Positions 35,026 to 43,583 of a stretch of DNA of 57,807 nt are shown in pieces. The first letter of the stretch is position 1. Each line of letters starts with the position of its first letter. The position numbers were made by a program, and so were the translations under genes. The stretch is from Hyphomicrobiales bacterium. GTDB taxonomy: Bacteria; Pseudomonadota; Alphaproteobacteria; Rhizobiales; Aestuariivirgaceae. Location of the stretch: NCBI GenBank assembly GCA_031365765.1, contig JANLYR010000303.1, positions 1 through 57,807 of the forward strand. The letters run 5' to 3'. The notes beneath the pieces were generated by a model that saw nothing but the letters and a program-made list of their open reading frames with translations, made no database searches and was not told where the DNA came from.

Positions 35026-35100
35026 CGTCATGCCCGCGCAGGCGGGAACCCCGCTGTTTACCAACAGATGAGCGGGGCCCCCGCCTGCGCGGGGGTGACG
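35026..35100. repeat. CGTC-type REP doublet, copy 2 (between pqqA and pqqB)
   Basis: CGTCATGCCCGCGCAGGCGGGAACCC..GGGCCCCCGCCTGCGCGGGGGTGACG; inverted ends CGTCA/TGACG. Confidence 0.85.
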
Positions 35101-35112
35101 GTTAGGGGACGC

Positions 35113-35190
35113 TTAAAGTTCGGCCGGAAAATAGTCGTTGATTTCCATGCCGATGCAGACTTCCTTGATCTTGGGTTTTTTCCAGCTCAT
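35113..35190 (-). CDS. pqqA: PQQ precursor peptide (25 aa)
   Basis: Manual translation MSWKKPKIKEVCIGMEINDYFPAEL*, with E-x-x-x-Y core (EINDY); GAGGAAG upstream; below the ORF-track size cutoff. Confidence 0.96.
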   Translation of the reverse strand: MSWKKPKIKEVCIGMEINDYFPAEL

Positions 35191-35253
35191 GTGTTCTTCC
35201 TCAGGTCAGACAGCGCTTGAACATGCGTCGCGAGGCCAGTTTTATGGAATCTC

Positions 35254-36036
35254 GTGCATCCGTCAATGCAATTATCGGACAGGAACCAGCCGGGCGCGGA
35301 ACCCCTCCTGCGGATCGCGGCGGCCAGCCATCGGTATGGCGAGCGCCTGGCGCTGGACGGCGTCGGCATTGACGTCTTCCCCGGGCGCGTCACCATGCTG
35401 CTCGGCCCGAACGGGGCCGGCAAGACGACGCTTTTTTCATTGATTGCACGGCTTCTGCCCCTGCAAACGGGGGCGATGCACCTTTGCGGCGAGGATCTGG
35501 TGCGGGCCGGAGACTCGATCCTGGCGCGCATGGGAATCGTGTTTCAGCAGCCGACACTCGACCTCGATCTGACGGTTGCGCAGAACCTGTCCTACTACGC
35601 GGCGCTGCATGGCCTTGAGCGCAATCTGGCGCGGGCGCGGATGGGGGAGGCCCTGGGGCTGCTCGACCTTACCGGCCGCGCGCGCGACAAGGTGCGCGAC
35701 CTCAATGGCGGCCACCGCCGCCGCGTCGAGATTGCCCGGGTTCTCATGACGAAGCCGCGCCTTTTGCTGCTGGACGAGCCGACCGTGGGGCTCGACATCC
35801 CGGCGCGGCGGAGCCTGGTGGCGTTTCTGCATCGCCTGGCCGTTCAATCGGATATCGCCATCCTGTGGGCCACCCATCTGATCGATGAGGTGGACGGGGA
35901 TGACGACCTCATCATTCTGGCCAAGGGGCGGGTCAGACATTCGGGCCGCGCGGCAACCCTGCTGGCACAATCCGGCGAGGCAAGTCTGAGCGCGCTGTTC
36001 CAATCGGCCATCGCCGAGGGAGCGTCCCCTCGATGA
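35254..36036 (+). CDS. ABC ATPase of PQQ alcohol-dehydrogenase systems (PedB-like)
   Basis: GPNGAGKTT, FQQPTLDLDL, LNGGHRRRVEIAR, LLDEPTVGLD, WATH. Start uncertain. Confidence 0.88.
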   Translation: MHPSMQLSDRNQPGAEPLLRIAAASHRYGERLALDGVGIDVFPGRVTMLLGPNGAGKTTLFSLIARLLPLQTGAMHLCGEDLVRAGDSILARMGIVFQQPTLDLDLTVAQNLSYYAALHGLERNLARARMGEALGLLDLTGRARDKVRDLNGGHRRRVEIARVLMTKPRLLLLDEPTVGLDIPARRSLVAFLHRLAVQSDIAILWATHLIDEVDGDDDLIILAKGRVRHSGRAATLLAQSGEASLSALFQSAIAEGASPR

Positions 36037-36833
36037 GTTTCATTCATGCCATGCGCGCACTCTCCGGCATCGCGGTCCGCGAGCTGCTGCGCTTCCTGCA
36101 GCAGCGCGAGCGCTTCATCGCCTCGCTCATCCGGCCGCTGCTGTGGCTTATCGTTTTCGCCGCCGGATTTCGCTCCGTGCTCGGCCTGTCGATCGCGCCG
36201 CCTTACGAAACCTATGTGACCTACGAGGTCTATATCGTGCCGGGGCTTGCGGGCATGGTCTTGCTGTTCAACGGCATGCAGAGTTCGCTGTCGATGGTCT
36301 ATGACCGCGAGATGGGCTCGATGCGGATGCTGCTGACGAGCCCCTTGCCACGCTGGTTCCTGCTTTCGGCCAAGCTTATGGCCGGGGCCTGCGTTTCGGT
36401 GGTCCAGGCCCTCGCCTTCCTGGCGATCGCCGCCCTTTACGGTGTGCGGTTCTCACCCTCCGGCTATGCCGCGATGCTGCCCGCGCTGTTTCTGGCGGCA
36501 CTGGCCTTCGGCGCCATCGGGCTGTTGCTGTCGTCGCTGGTGCGGCAGCTCGAGAATTTCGCCGGCATCATGAATTTCGTGATCTTCCCGCTGTTTTTCC
36601 TGTCAAGCGCGCTTTACCCGCTGTGGAAGATGCAGGAGAGCAGCGAGGCGCTGTACTGGCTGTGCGCAGTGAACCCGTTCACCCATGCGGTCGAGCTGAT
36701 CCGTTTCGCTGCCTATGGCAGGTTCAACGGTATGGCGCTAGCGGTGACGGCGGGCACGGCGGCGCTGTTCCTGATGCTGGCCGTGTGGAGCTACGATCCG
36801 CGCCTCGGCCTGCTCAAGCGCCAGGTGGCCTGA
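36033..36833 (+). CDS. ABC-2 permease of PQQ alcohol-dehydrogenase systems (PedC-like)
   Basis: RPLLWLIVFAAGF, PPYETY, GMQSSLSMVYDREMGSMR, QLENFAG, NPFTHAVELIRF. Confidence 0.9.
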   Translation: MSFIHAMRALSGIAVRELLRFLQQRERFIASLIRPLLWLIVFAAGFRSVLGLSIAPPYETYVTYEVYIVPGLAGMVLLFNGMQSSLSMVYDREMGSMRMLLTSPLPRWFLLSAKLMAGACVSVVQALAFLAIAALYGVRFSPSGYAAMLPALFLAALAFGAIGLLLSSLVRQLENFAGIMNFVIFPLFFLSSALYPLWKMQESSEALYWLCAVNPFTHAVELIRFAAYGRFNGMALAVTAGTAALFLMLAVWSYDPRLGLLKRQVA

Positions 36834-36836
36834 AGT

Positions 36837-38072
36837 TCAGGCGGCGATAAATTCCACACCGACATTGCCGCCGCTCTGCCAGCGCGTTTTGGCGGCGCGA
36901 TTGGTGCCGGCCGACAGAAAGCGGAGATCGAACTCATCAAGGGGGGCGAAATAGTGTTCGACGCTCAGACGCGCGCCCTTGCTTGACACATCGCGGATGG
37001 TGCAATCGATGACGGCGCTGCGCTCGTGCAATACGATCTGTCCCCGCTTCAGCACCCGCTGGCGGCGCTCGCTGCGAAGGTCCATGACCCGGGTGAAACC
37101 GGGATCCGCCTTGGCGGCGGGCGCCTGTCGAACTTGATGGGGCATGGGATCGAAGTCGCCTTGGGCGCCCAGCCTCTGCTCGGCCAGTTGCAGAAGCGTT
37201 TCCGCCGCAACACCATCGCGCGGGAAAGCCGCCGACGAAAGCGTTGCCGACAGGCGCAGCCGCAGGGTGCCGAAATCCGCCTCGAAGTTCAGGCTTTGGG
37301 CGAGGCCGGCGCTGATATCGGCGACGGTGCTTTGTCCTTCCTCGCGGTCGAGGAGGTAGAGAAAGGTATCGGCGCCCATCCGCCCCACGACGTCATCGCG
37401 GCGCGCGGCCTTCTGCAACCGCATGCCGAAGGCACGGAGCGCCCGGTCGCCGATCGCATGACCGAACTGGTCGCGGATGCCGTTCAGGTTGCCCATCCGC
37501 GAGACGATCAGCGTCTGGGTGGCGGCGCGCCGGGTGGCGCTCTCCAGCATCTGGTCCAAGGTCTCCAGGATGTAATGGCGGGCGAAGATTCCGGTGACGG
37601 GATCGAAGGACAACAACCGGTCCTGGCGCTCGCGCGCTTCCCGGCCGGCGACAAGCCTGGAATTTTTTTCGACAACCTGGCGGATCGTGGCCATGAGCTC
37701 GGTACCTTGCAGGTTGCGCTTCGACACATAATCGCTGAAGCCCGACCGGAAGGCCTTGACGACGGTCCGTTCCTCGCCGTCGCCGGACAGCAGGATGGCA
37801 GGTGGCGGCGAGGCGTATTTCTGGTTGAGCTTTTCGGCGACGGTCAATCCCGATTCGAGACCCAAATGATGATCGACCAATACGCAGTCGATCGTCTCGG
37901 CATCGAGCAGCCCAAGGAGGCCTTCGGTATCGGCGCATTGGCGGACGGAAACGCCCGCGTGGCTGGCAAGCATGCCCGCCACATATTGCCGGTAAAGGTC
38001 ATTGTCGTCGGCGACCGCGATGCGGAGGTTCTGCAGCGGAACGACGGACGGCGCCACAAGTGACTGGTTCAT
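36837..38072 (-). CDS. REC - degenerate GGDEF - PilZ signalling protein
   Basis: REC (ADDND, VLVDHHL, LSG, YVSK); DPVTG; I-site RRDD; A-site GADTF; PilZ RSERRQR and DVSSKG. Confidence 0.85.
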   Translation of the reverse strand: MNQSLVAPSVVPLQNLRIAVADDNDLYRQYVAGMLASHAGVSVRQCADTEGLLGLLDAETIDCVLVDHHLGLESGLTVAEKLNQKYASPPPAILLSGDGEERTVVKAFRSGFSDYVSKRNLQGTELMATIRQVVEKNSRLVAGREARERQDRLLSFDPVTGIFARHYILETLDQMLESATRRAATQTLIVSRMGNLNGIRDQFGHAIGDRALRAFGMRLQKAARRDDVVGRMGADTFLYLLDREEGQSTVADISAGLAQSLNFEADFGTLRLRLSATLSSAAFPRDGVAAETLLQLAEQRLGAQGDFDPMPHQVRQAPAAKADPGFTRVMDLRSERRQRVLKRGQIVLHERSAVIDCTIRDVSSKGARLSVEHYFAPLDEFDLRFLSAGTNRAAKTRWQSGGNVGVEFIAA

Positions 38073-38391
38073 AGCCGCTAACCTCCCGGTGTATTCGAAT
38101 TAAAACTAAATCAAAGGTTGAAAGTAGGAGTCAAAGCTGAACAAAACGCTAAAGGCTTTATTCGAATTGGAAGGGATCCGCCGGAAACCCTATAGGAATA
38201 GCATTTGTAATGCCGCCCGCACCGATCAGGCGGTAAAATATCTCGCGTCAATCGTCAGGAGCGCCGAAAGAGCCCTCAGCTTTGCCGGAGGACATTTTTC
38301 GCATTCGGCTATAAACGCCAACTTGTAATGGTAAAGCGCAACACAGGATGCCGTCGGCAGTACCTGGTGGTTGCAGTGTAGGGTGAGAATT

Positions 38392-39894
38392 ATGTCCGAG
38401 TGGTCAGGTGCCAATCGCCGCGGTTTTGTGAAAATGGCGGCAGCCGCAGCCGCGGGCGCGTTATCCGGCACGCTCGGTAGCCCCGCTTCGCAGTCAGCTG
38501 CCAGAACCATGGGCAAGTGGTCACCGATCTATCCCTGGCCGGACTGCGCCATCCACCTGCATCTCTTGCCCGATGGAAAAATCCTGTCTTATTCCGACGA
38601 TCACACGCCCGAACGCTTTGCCGACTACACGGAAGCCTTTGTCGTCACCATCCCTTATGGGCGGCCGCCTTCCCCCGACTACGTCAAGGTTCCCAATACG
38701 ACCACAAATCTATTTTGCGGCGGGCACGTGTTCCTCCCGGACGGGCGCCTGTTCGTGGCGGGCGGTCACGAGGGAAAGGATGGCCTCGGCTCCAAAGACG
38801 TCAATATTTTTGAATACGCTCCAGCATATGCGTGGCGCAGGCAGGACATGTTTCCCATGAATGGCGGCCGCTGGTATCCCAGTCTGGTGGTCCTGTCCAA
38901 CGGGGACATAGTCACGATGTCGGGACACGTGACCCCGACCAGAATAAATCCGATCGCCGAAGTCTGGCAATCGAAGACCGGTGGCTGGCGCCGGTTGACG
39001 ACAGCGAAGCTTTTCGTGCCGCTTTATCCAAACGCCCACTTGGCGCCGGACGGCCGGGTCTTCGTGGCCGGTCCGGACACGCGCACCCGCTACCTCGACA
39101 CTGCTTCCACTGGCACCTGGACCAACGTTGGACATCGCTACTACGGTATGTGGAGGGACTACAGCTCTTCGGTAATGTATGAGGACGGCAAGGTGCTGAT
39201 CGTGGGCGGAAGTATTCCCCCGACAAACACGGCTGAAATCATCGAACTCAATGCCGACGCCCCGGTTTGGCGGCCGACGGCATCGATGGCCTTTGCTCGG
39301 CGGCATCTGTACGCCACCATGCTGCCGGATGGAAAGGTCTTGGTCACCGGCGGAACAAGTTCGCCCGGCTTCAATGACGGGACTGCCGCCGTGCTGGACG
39401 CGGAGATCTGGGATCCAGCAACCGAGCGGTGGACGACCATGGCGAAAATGCAGGTCAAGCGGTGTTACCATTCCACGGCGATGTTGCTGCCCGACGGTCG
39501 CGTACTGTCCGCCGGTGGCGGTAGGCCTTCTGGAATAAACCTCACCGACAATGCGAACGTCGAGATTTTCTCGCCACCTTATCTGTTCAACGGGTCGCGG
39601 CCCGTCATAAACTCTGCTCCCTCCGAGCTTTCCTACGGACAGAATCCTTTCGAGGTGAGCGTGTCGACTACAGGTGTTATTTCTCAAGTGACTTTATTAG
39701 GCCTCGGTTCGGTGACCCACGGCGCCAATATGAATCAACGTTTCCAACGTTTGACATTTGAGAAGACAATTGACGGCGTGCTCGTGAACGCACCATTCAA
39801 TCGCAACCTGTTGCCTCCCGGCTTCTACATGCTGTTTGTGATCGACGAAGCGGGCTCGCCGTCAGTCGCCACGATGATCAGAATACATGAATAG
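38392..39894 (+). CDS. Tat-exported copper radical oxidase (galactose oxidase/AA5-like kelch protein)
   Basis: Tat motif NRRGFVK; kelch repeats; Cys (NLFCGG), Tyr (RWYPS), Tyr-His (RCYHS), His (SVTHG); C-terminal Ig-like PPGFYMLF. Confidence 0.88.
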   Translation: MSEWSGANRRGFVKMAAAAAAGALSGTLGSPASQSAARTMGKWSPIYPWPDCAIHLHLLPDGKILSYSDDHTPERFADYTEAFVVTIPYGRPPSPDYVKVPNTTTNLFCGGHVFLPDGRLFVAGGHEGKDGLGSKDVNIFEYAPAYAWRRQDMFPMNGGRWYPSLVVLSNGDIVTMSGHVTPTRINPIAEVWQSKTGGWRRLTTAKLFVPLYPNAHLAPDGRVFVAGPDTRTRYLDTASTGTWTNVGHRYYGMWRDYSSSVMYEDGKVLIVGGSIPPTNTAEIIELNADAPVWRPTASMAFARRHLYATMLPDGKVLVTGGTSSPGFNDGTAAVLDAEIWDPATERWTTMAKMQVKRCYHSTAMLLPDGRVLSAGGGRPSGINLTDNANVEIFSPPYLFNGSRPVINSAPSELSYGQNPFEVSVSTTGVISQVTLLGLGSVTHGANMNQRFQRLTFEKTIDGVLVNAPFNRNLLPPGFYMLFVIDEAGSPSVATMIRIHE

Positions 39895-39982
39895 TCGGGT
39901 CCACCGTCACCGTGCCTGTCACACGACTGTCAAGCGGCCTGCTTATTTCCATGCCGATTGAAACCCAAACAGGACATGTCTC

Positions 39983-40690
39983 ATGAAAACCATCAACCGC
40001 CGTGTCGCCGCTGCGTTGCTCGCCAGTGCGCTGCTGTTTGCCAGCACGCCAGTTTTTGCCGAGGAAATGCCATTCCTTAAAGCAGCGGATGTGCCTCTGC
40101 TCGAACTCCTGCCCGCGCCGCCCGCCGCAAACAGTGCAGCAACCCAGGCCGAGATTGCCGCTTTTCACGCTTTCGAGGCCACCCGCACCGATGCGCAGGC
40201 GCAACGCGCCATCGCCGATGACGAGGAAACGGTATTCCGCTTTCTCGATGGCATGGGCATCAAGCTCGATCCCGCCAAAGCCCCGCTGACCGCGAAGTTC
40301 TTCGAAAGCATTGCCGCCACCGAAGGCGAAGTTGTCGATGCGGCCAAGAAGGTCTGGGCGAGACCCCGGCCCCCGGTGCTGGATGCATCCATCAAGCCGC
40401 TGATCAAGCTCTCGAAGTCCGGTGCCTATCCGTCGGGCCATGCGACACTGGGCATGCTGTTTGCGATCACGCTGGCCAAGATGCTGCCCGAAAAGAAGGA
40501 AGAATTGTTCGCGCGCGCCCTTGATTATGGTCACAGCCGCTATGTGGTCGGGGTTCACTACCTGTCGGATATCGAAGCCTCGAAAGCCGCGGGGGCAGCA
40601 ATCGGCAACGCACTTCTGAAGAACCAGGCGGTTCTCGAAGCCATGGAACCGGTGAAAGCCGAGCTCCGCGCCCAGATGGGCACAATGTAG
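39983..40690 (+). CDS. exported class A non-specific acid phosphatase (PAP2/PhoN-like)
   Basis: Signal peptide ending VFA; KKVWARPRP, YPSGH, SRYVVGVHYLSD. Confidence 0.88.
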   Translation: MKTINRRVAAALLASALLFASTPVFAEEMPFLKAADVPLLELLPAPPAANSAATQAEIAAFHAFEATRTDAQAQRAIADDEETVFRFLDGMGIKLDPAKAPLTAKFFESIAATEGEVVDAAKKVWARPRPPVLDASIKPLIKLSKSGAYPSGHATLGMLFAITLAKMLPEKKEELFARALDYGHSRYVVGVHYLSDIEASKAAGAAIGNALLKNQAVLEAMEPVKAELRAQMGTM

Positions 40691-40716
40691 GCAAGGGTTG
40701 GGGCGCAAAAGGTGGC

Positions 40717-40737
40717 GGGGAGAGAATTGCTCTCCCC
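40717..40737. terminator. hairpin between the phosphatase and the convergent nasA remnant
   Basis: GGGGAGAG-AATTG-CTCTCCCC; no immediately adjacent U-tract. Confidence 0.35.
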
Positions 40738-40774
40738 CCCGCGGAATTTCTCCGGCCGGATCATTTCGCGGCGA

Positions 40775-41300
40775 TGATGGCGGTCTGGCGCTTTCGATGA
40801 TCGTGGCGATCTGGGACGGCAGGACCCGCAGCTGGTTCCCGCACCGGTTGTCTGGCAGAGCGTTTCGAGCGGCATGCCCAACCGCGCGGCATGCCAGATT
40901 TTCGTGCGGCCAATACCCATGCAGACGCAAATGCCCGGTCCTCCGTCCTCACCGGCGTCGGCCGGCCGCCCGGCAAGGATGTGGTTGCGGTTGGTGGGAA
41001 CGCGGCCCAATTGCGAGGCGATCCCTACGCGCGATACTTCAACCGGCTGACGTCCTGCGAAGAAAGCGCCGACAAGCATTCCGCCCCGAAACACCGCGGC
41101 GCGGAAATTTCCCGATCCACCGTCGTCGAGACAGCAGATATCGCGGTCACTGGAATCAATGCCGAGCAGCGTTACAATCGTTGCCGGCCAGTTGCGTTGT
41201 GGCTCCAACCCGGCGCATTCGCCAGGGCTCTGGCGGAGAATGCGCCGTTCCAATGCATGGGTTGAAAGCAGTGGCCGCGCGCTACGCGCGCGTGGCGCGC
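40775..41300 (-). pseudogene. nasA: 3' remnant of the assimilatory nitrate reductase catalytic subunit
   Basis: Pieces in three frames: FQPMHWNG (about 41250); LAGRP..GPGICVCMGIG..TGAGTSCGSCRP (BFD-like [2Fe-2S] domain); then (E)IATIIESA after a frameshift near 40812. No N-terminal part. Confidence 0.75.
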
Positions 41301-41324
41301 GGTTTTGCTGTGCTCCAGCTTTGC

Positions 41325-41387
41325 GGTGGCGGAGCCAGTCTTCTGAGAACCAGAGGCTGAACCCGCCCCAATTGCAAAGTTCCCTGC
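41325..41387 (+). repeat. degenerate direct repeat, left copy (att-like boundary)
   Basis: GGTGGCGGAGCCAGTCTTCTGAGAAC matches 57098-57123 at 19 of 26 positions; followed by AAAGTTCCCTGC (41376-41387). Confidence 0.45.
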
Positions 41388-41522
41388 CGAATTCGTCAAC
41401 TCGCGTCGCGCGGCGGATGACATCATCGGACACGGAAGGTTCGGGACTCTCGTCACGCGGTTGCGCCCAGAGTTGCAGGTGAAGTTTCCGTTGAAGTTGC
41501 AGAGTGGTCGGGGAAAAAAATT

Positions 41523-42482
41523 GTGTCAGTCAGCAATTTAAAGCAGCTTCTGGAAGGATGCTACGTCACCGTACCGACGCCCTTTGCCGACACGGCCGGT
41601 TTCCCCGTCGATCTGCAGGCGCTTCGCACCTATGTCAGGTTCCTGATCGACAACGGCCTGGATGCCAGCAACGCCACTTTCCTGGCGGGTGGGGCGGCGG
41701 GCGATTTCTCCACCATGAGTTTCGACGAGCGCGTGCAGGTTGCCGAAACGGTCATCGACGAAGTCGCGGGCCGCGTGCCGGTCGCCATGGGGGCGCAGAC
41801 TACGAGCACGCTCGAACTACAGCGGCTGGCGAAGGCGGCCAAGCGATTGGGCGCACGGTTCATCCAGGTCTCCTGCCCCTTCTATTTCACCCATACCGAA
41901 GGCGACTTCGAGGACTATGTGCGAACCGCCGCCGAAACCGAACCCGATCTCGGCATCATCCTCTACAATACCTTCTGGACCAGCCAGAACCTGTCTTTCG
42001 GCATGATCGAGAGGCTGGCGGAAATTCCGAACATCGTCGGTCTCAAATGGGCGACGCCCCGCACCGACGCGATGGAATTCGAGGATGTCGTGTCGCACTT
42101 CTCCAACCGCTTCACCATCATCGACAACAATCTCTATTTCGCCCATTCCGCCATGCCGGCGCTGGGTGCCCGCGCCTTCGAGGTTCACAACTGCAATTTC
42201 TGGCCGGAATGGGGCGTCAAATTGATGCGCGAGGTCAAGGCTGGCAATTACGCGGAAATCGCCCGCTTGCTGGTGGAGGAGGCCATGCCCTTCTACAAAC
42301 TCTGGGTCGAGATTGAAAAGAACTACACCAGCGGCGATGGCTATCTCGACAAGCTGTGCATGGAACTGGTTGGGCTTCCCTCCAGCCGCTGCCGTCCGCC
42401 CACCCGTGACGTGCGCGGCCCGTACCGCGAAAAGGCGCGTAACATGCTACTGAAGATCGGCGCTCCGCGGGTGATGGGATGA
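41523..42482 (+). CDS. DapA/NanA-superfamily class I aldolase or lyase
   Basis: VPTPF, GGAAGDFSTMSFDER, GRVPVAMG, ILYN, Schiff-base Lys in VGLKW. Confidence 0.85.
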   Translation: MSVSNLKQLLEGCYVTVPTPFADTAGFPVDLQALRTYVRFLIDNGLDASNATFLAGGAAGDFSTMSFDERVQVAETVIDEVAGRVPVAMGAQTTSTLELQRLAKAAKRLGARFIQVSCPFYFTHTEGDFEDYVRTAAETEPDLGIILYNTFWTSQNLSFGMIERLAEIPNIVGLKWATPRTDAMEFEDVVSHFSNRFTIIDNNLYFAHSAMPALGARAFEVHNCNFWPEWGVKLMREVKAGNYAEIARLLVEEAMPFYKLWVEIEKNYTSGDGYLDKLCMELVGLPSSRCRPPTRDVRGPYREKARNMLLKIGAPRVMG

Positions 42483-42562
42483 CACTCAGAGCAACAACAA
42501 CAAGTAGGCACGCAGGTTTCAGTGCCCGCCATCAATCCACATAGACTCACAGGAGACATGAC

Positions 42563-43564
42563 ATGAAGAAATTCACCAGACTGCTGATAGGATCCGCCAT
42601 CGCGCTCAGCTTCGGCATGAGTGCATTCGCGCGTGCCGAAGACGACGTGCGGCTCCGCCTCAACTGGATGTATTACGGTTCGCACGCCGGCTTCGCCTAT
42701 GGCAAGGACAAGGGCTACTACAAGGACGCCGGCATCAATCTCGACATCCGCTCCGGCAACGGATCGGGCTCGGCGCACCGGCTGGTCGCCAATGGCGACA
42801 GCACCTTCTCCTACGGCTCCTGCGGCTCGATGACCAAGCTCGCCTCGGAAGGAGCGCCGCTGATCTCGGTCGGCGTGATCGACGCCATGGGCACCGAAGC
42901 GATTCTGGTCAGGCCCGATGCCGGCGTCAAGGACATCAAGGACCTCAAGGGCAAGACCTTGCTGACCACCGCCAACGCGGGCGTCAACACCTTCTTCCCG
43001 ATCGTTCTCGCCAATGCCGGCCTGACCGAGGCCGACGTCAAAATCACCAACGTCCCCGATGGCGCACTTGTATCGAGCTATCTGCAGAAGGCGGGCGACA
43101 ACGTGGGCATGCTGGGCGGCCTCGACGACAAGCCGGCCGAAATCAAGGCCAATGGCGGAGAACAGCCGGTGGCCTTCCCCTATTCCAGCTACGGGGTCAA
43201 CCAGGTGGGCTACTGCATCGTCGCAAACAAGGACACGGTGAAGAACAATCCCGACCTGGTGAAGCGCTTCATGCAGGCGACGATCAAGTCCTACAAGGAA
43301 GCGGAAGCCAATCCCGAGGCAGCAGTCGCCTCCATGGCCGACATCGTCGGCGGAACCATGAACGAGGACGCGGGCAAGAAGCAGGCCCTCGAAGTGCTCA
43401 AAGTGACGCTCGGCATACTCTATTCCGGGGCCAATAAGGACAAGGCTCTGGGCCTTAACGTCGACTCGGACTGGGCCAGCATGGTTGACCTGATGAAGAA
43501 ATATAGCGGGCTCGACGCCAGCGCCGATCCCAAGTCGTTCTACACCAACGACTTCGTGAAATAG
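42563..43564 (+). CDS. ABC substrate-binding protein, NMT1/THI5 (TauA/SsuA-like) family
   Basis: Signal peptide; RLNW..HAGF..DKGYYKDAGI..GNGS; KDLKGK; NPDLVKRF. Confidence 0.88.
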   Translation: MKKFTRLLIGSAIALSFGMSAFARAEDDVRLRLNWMYYGSHAGFAYGKDKGYYKDAGINLDIRSGNGSGSAHRLVANGDSTFSYGSCGSMTKLASEGAPLISVGVIDAMGTEAILVRPDAGVKDIKDLKGKTLLTTANAGVNTFFPIVLANAGLTEADVKITNVPDGALVSSYLQKAGDNVGMLGGLDDKPAEIKANGGEQPVAFPYSSYGVNQVGYCIVANKDTVKNNPDLVKRFMQATIKSYKEAEANPEAAVASMADIVGGTMNEDAGKKQALEVLKVTLGILYSGANKDKALGLNVDSDWASMVDLMKKYSGLDASADPKSFYTNDFVK

Positions 43565-43583
43565 GACATCCTCCCGTGAAGCT

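Noticed and set aside
28908-35100. Palindromic repeats as a CRISPR array
   Set aside because: Copies are kilobases apart, with no repeat-spacer periodicity and no cas genes.
39930-39975. Minus-strand VSIGMEISRP resembling a second pqqA (14 nt identical to pqqA)
   Set aside because: No Tyr at E+4, no nearby start or W-x-x-P leader, and it lies in the phosphatase upstream region; probably chance.
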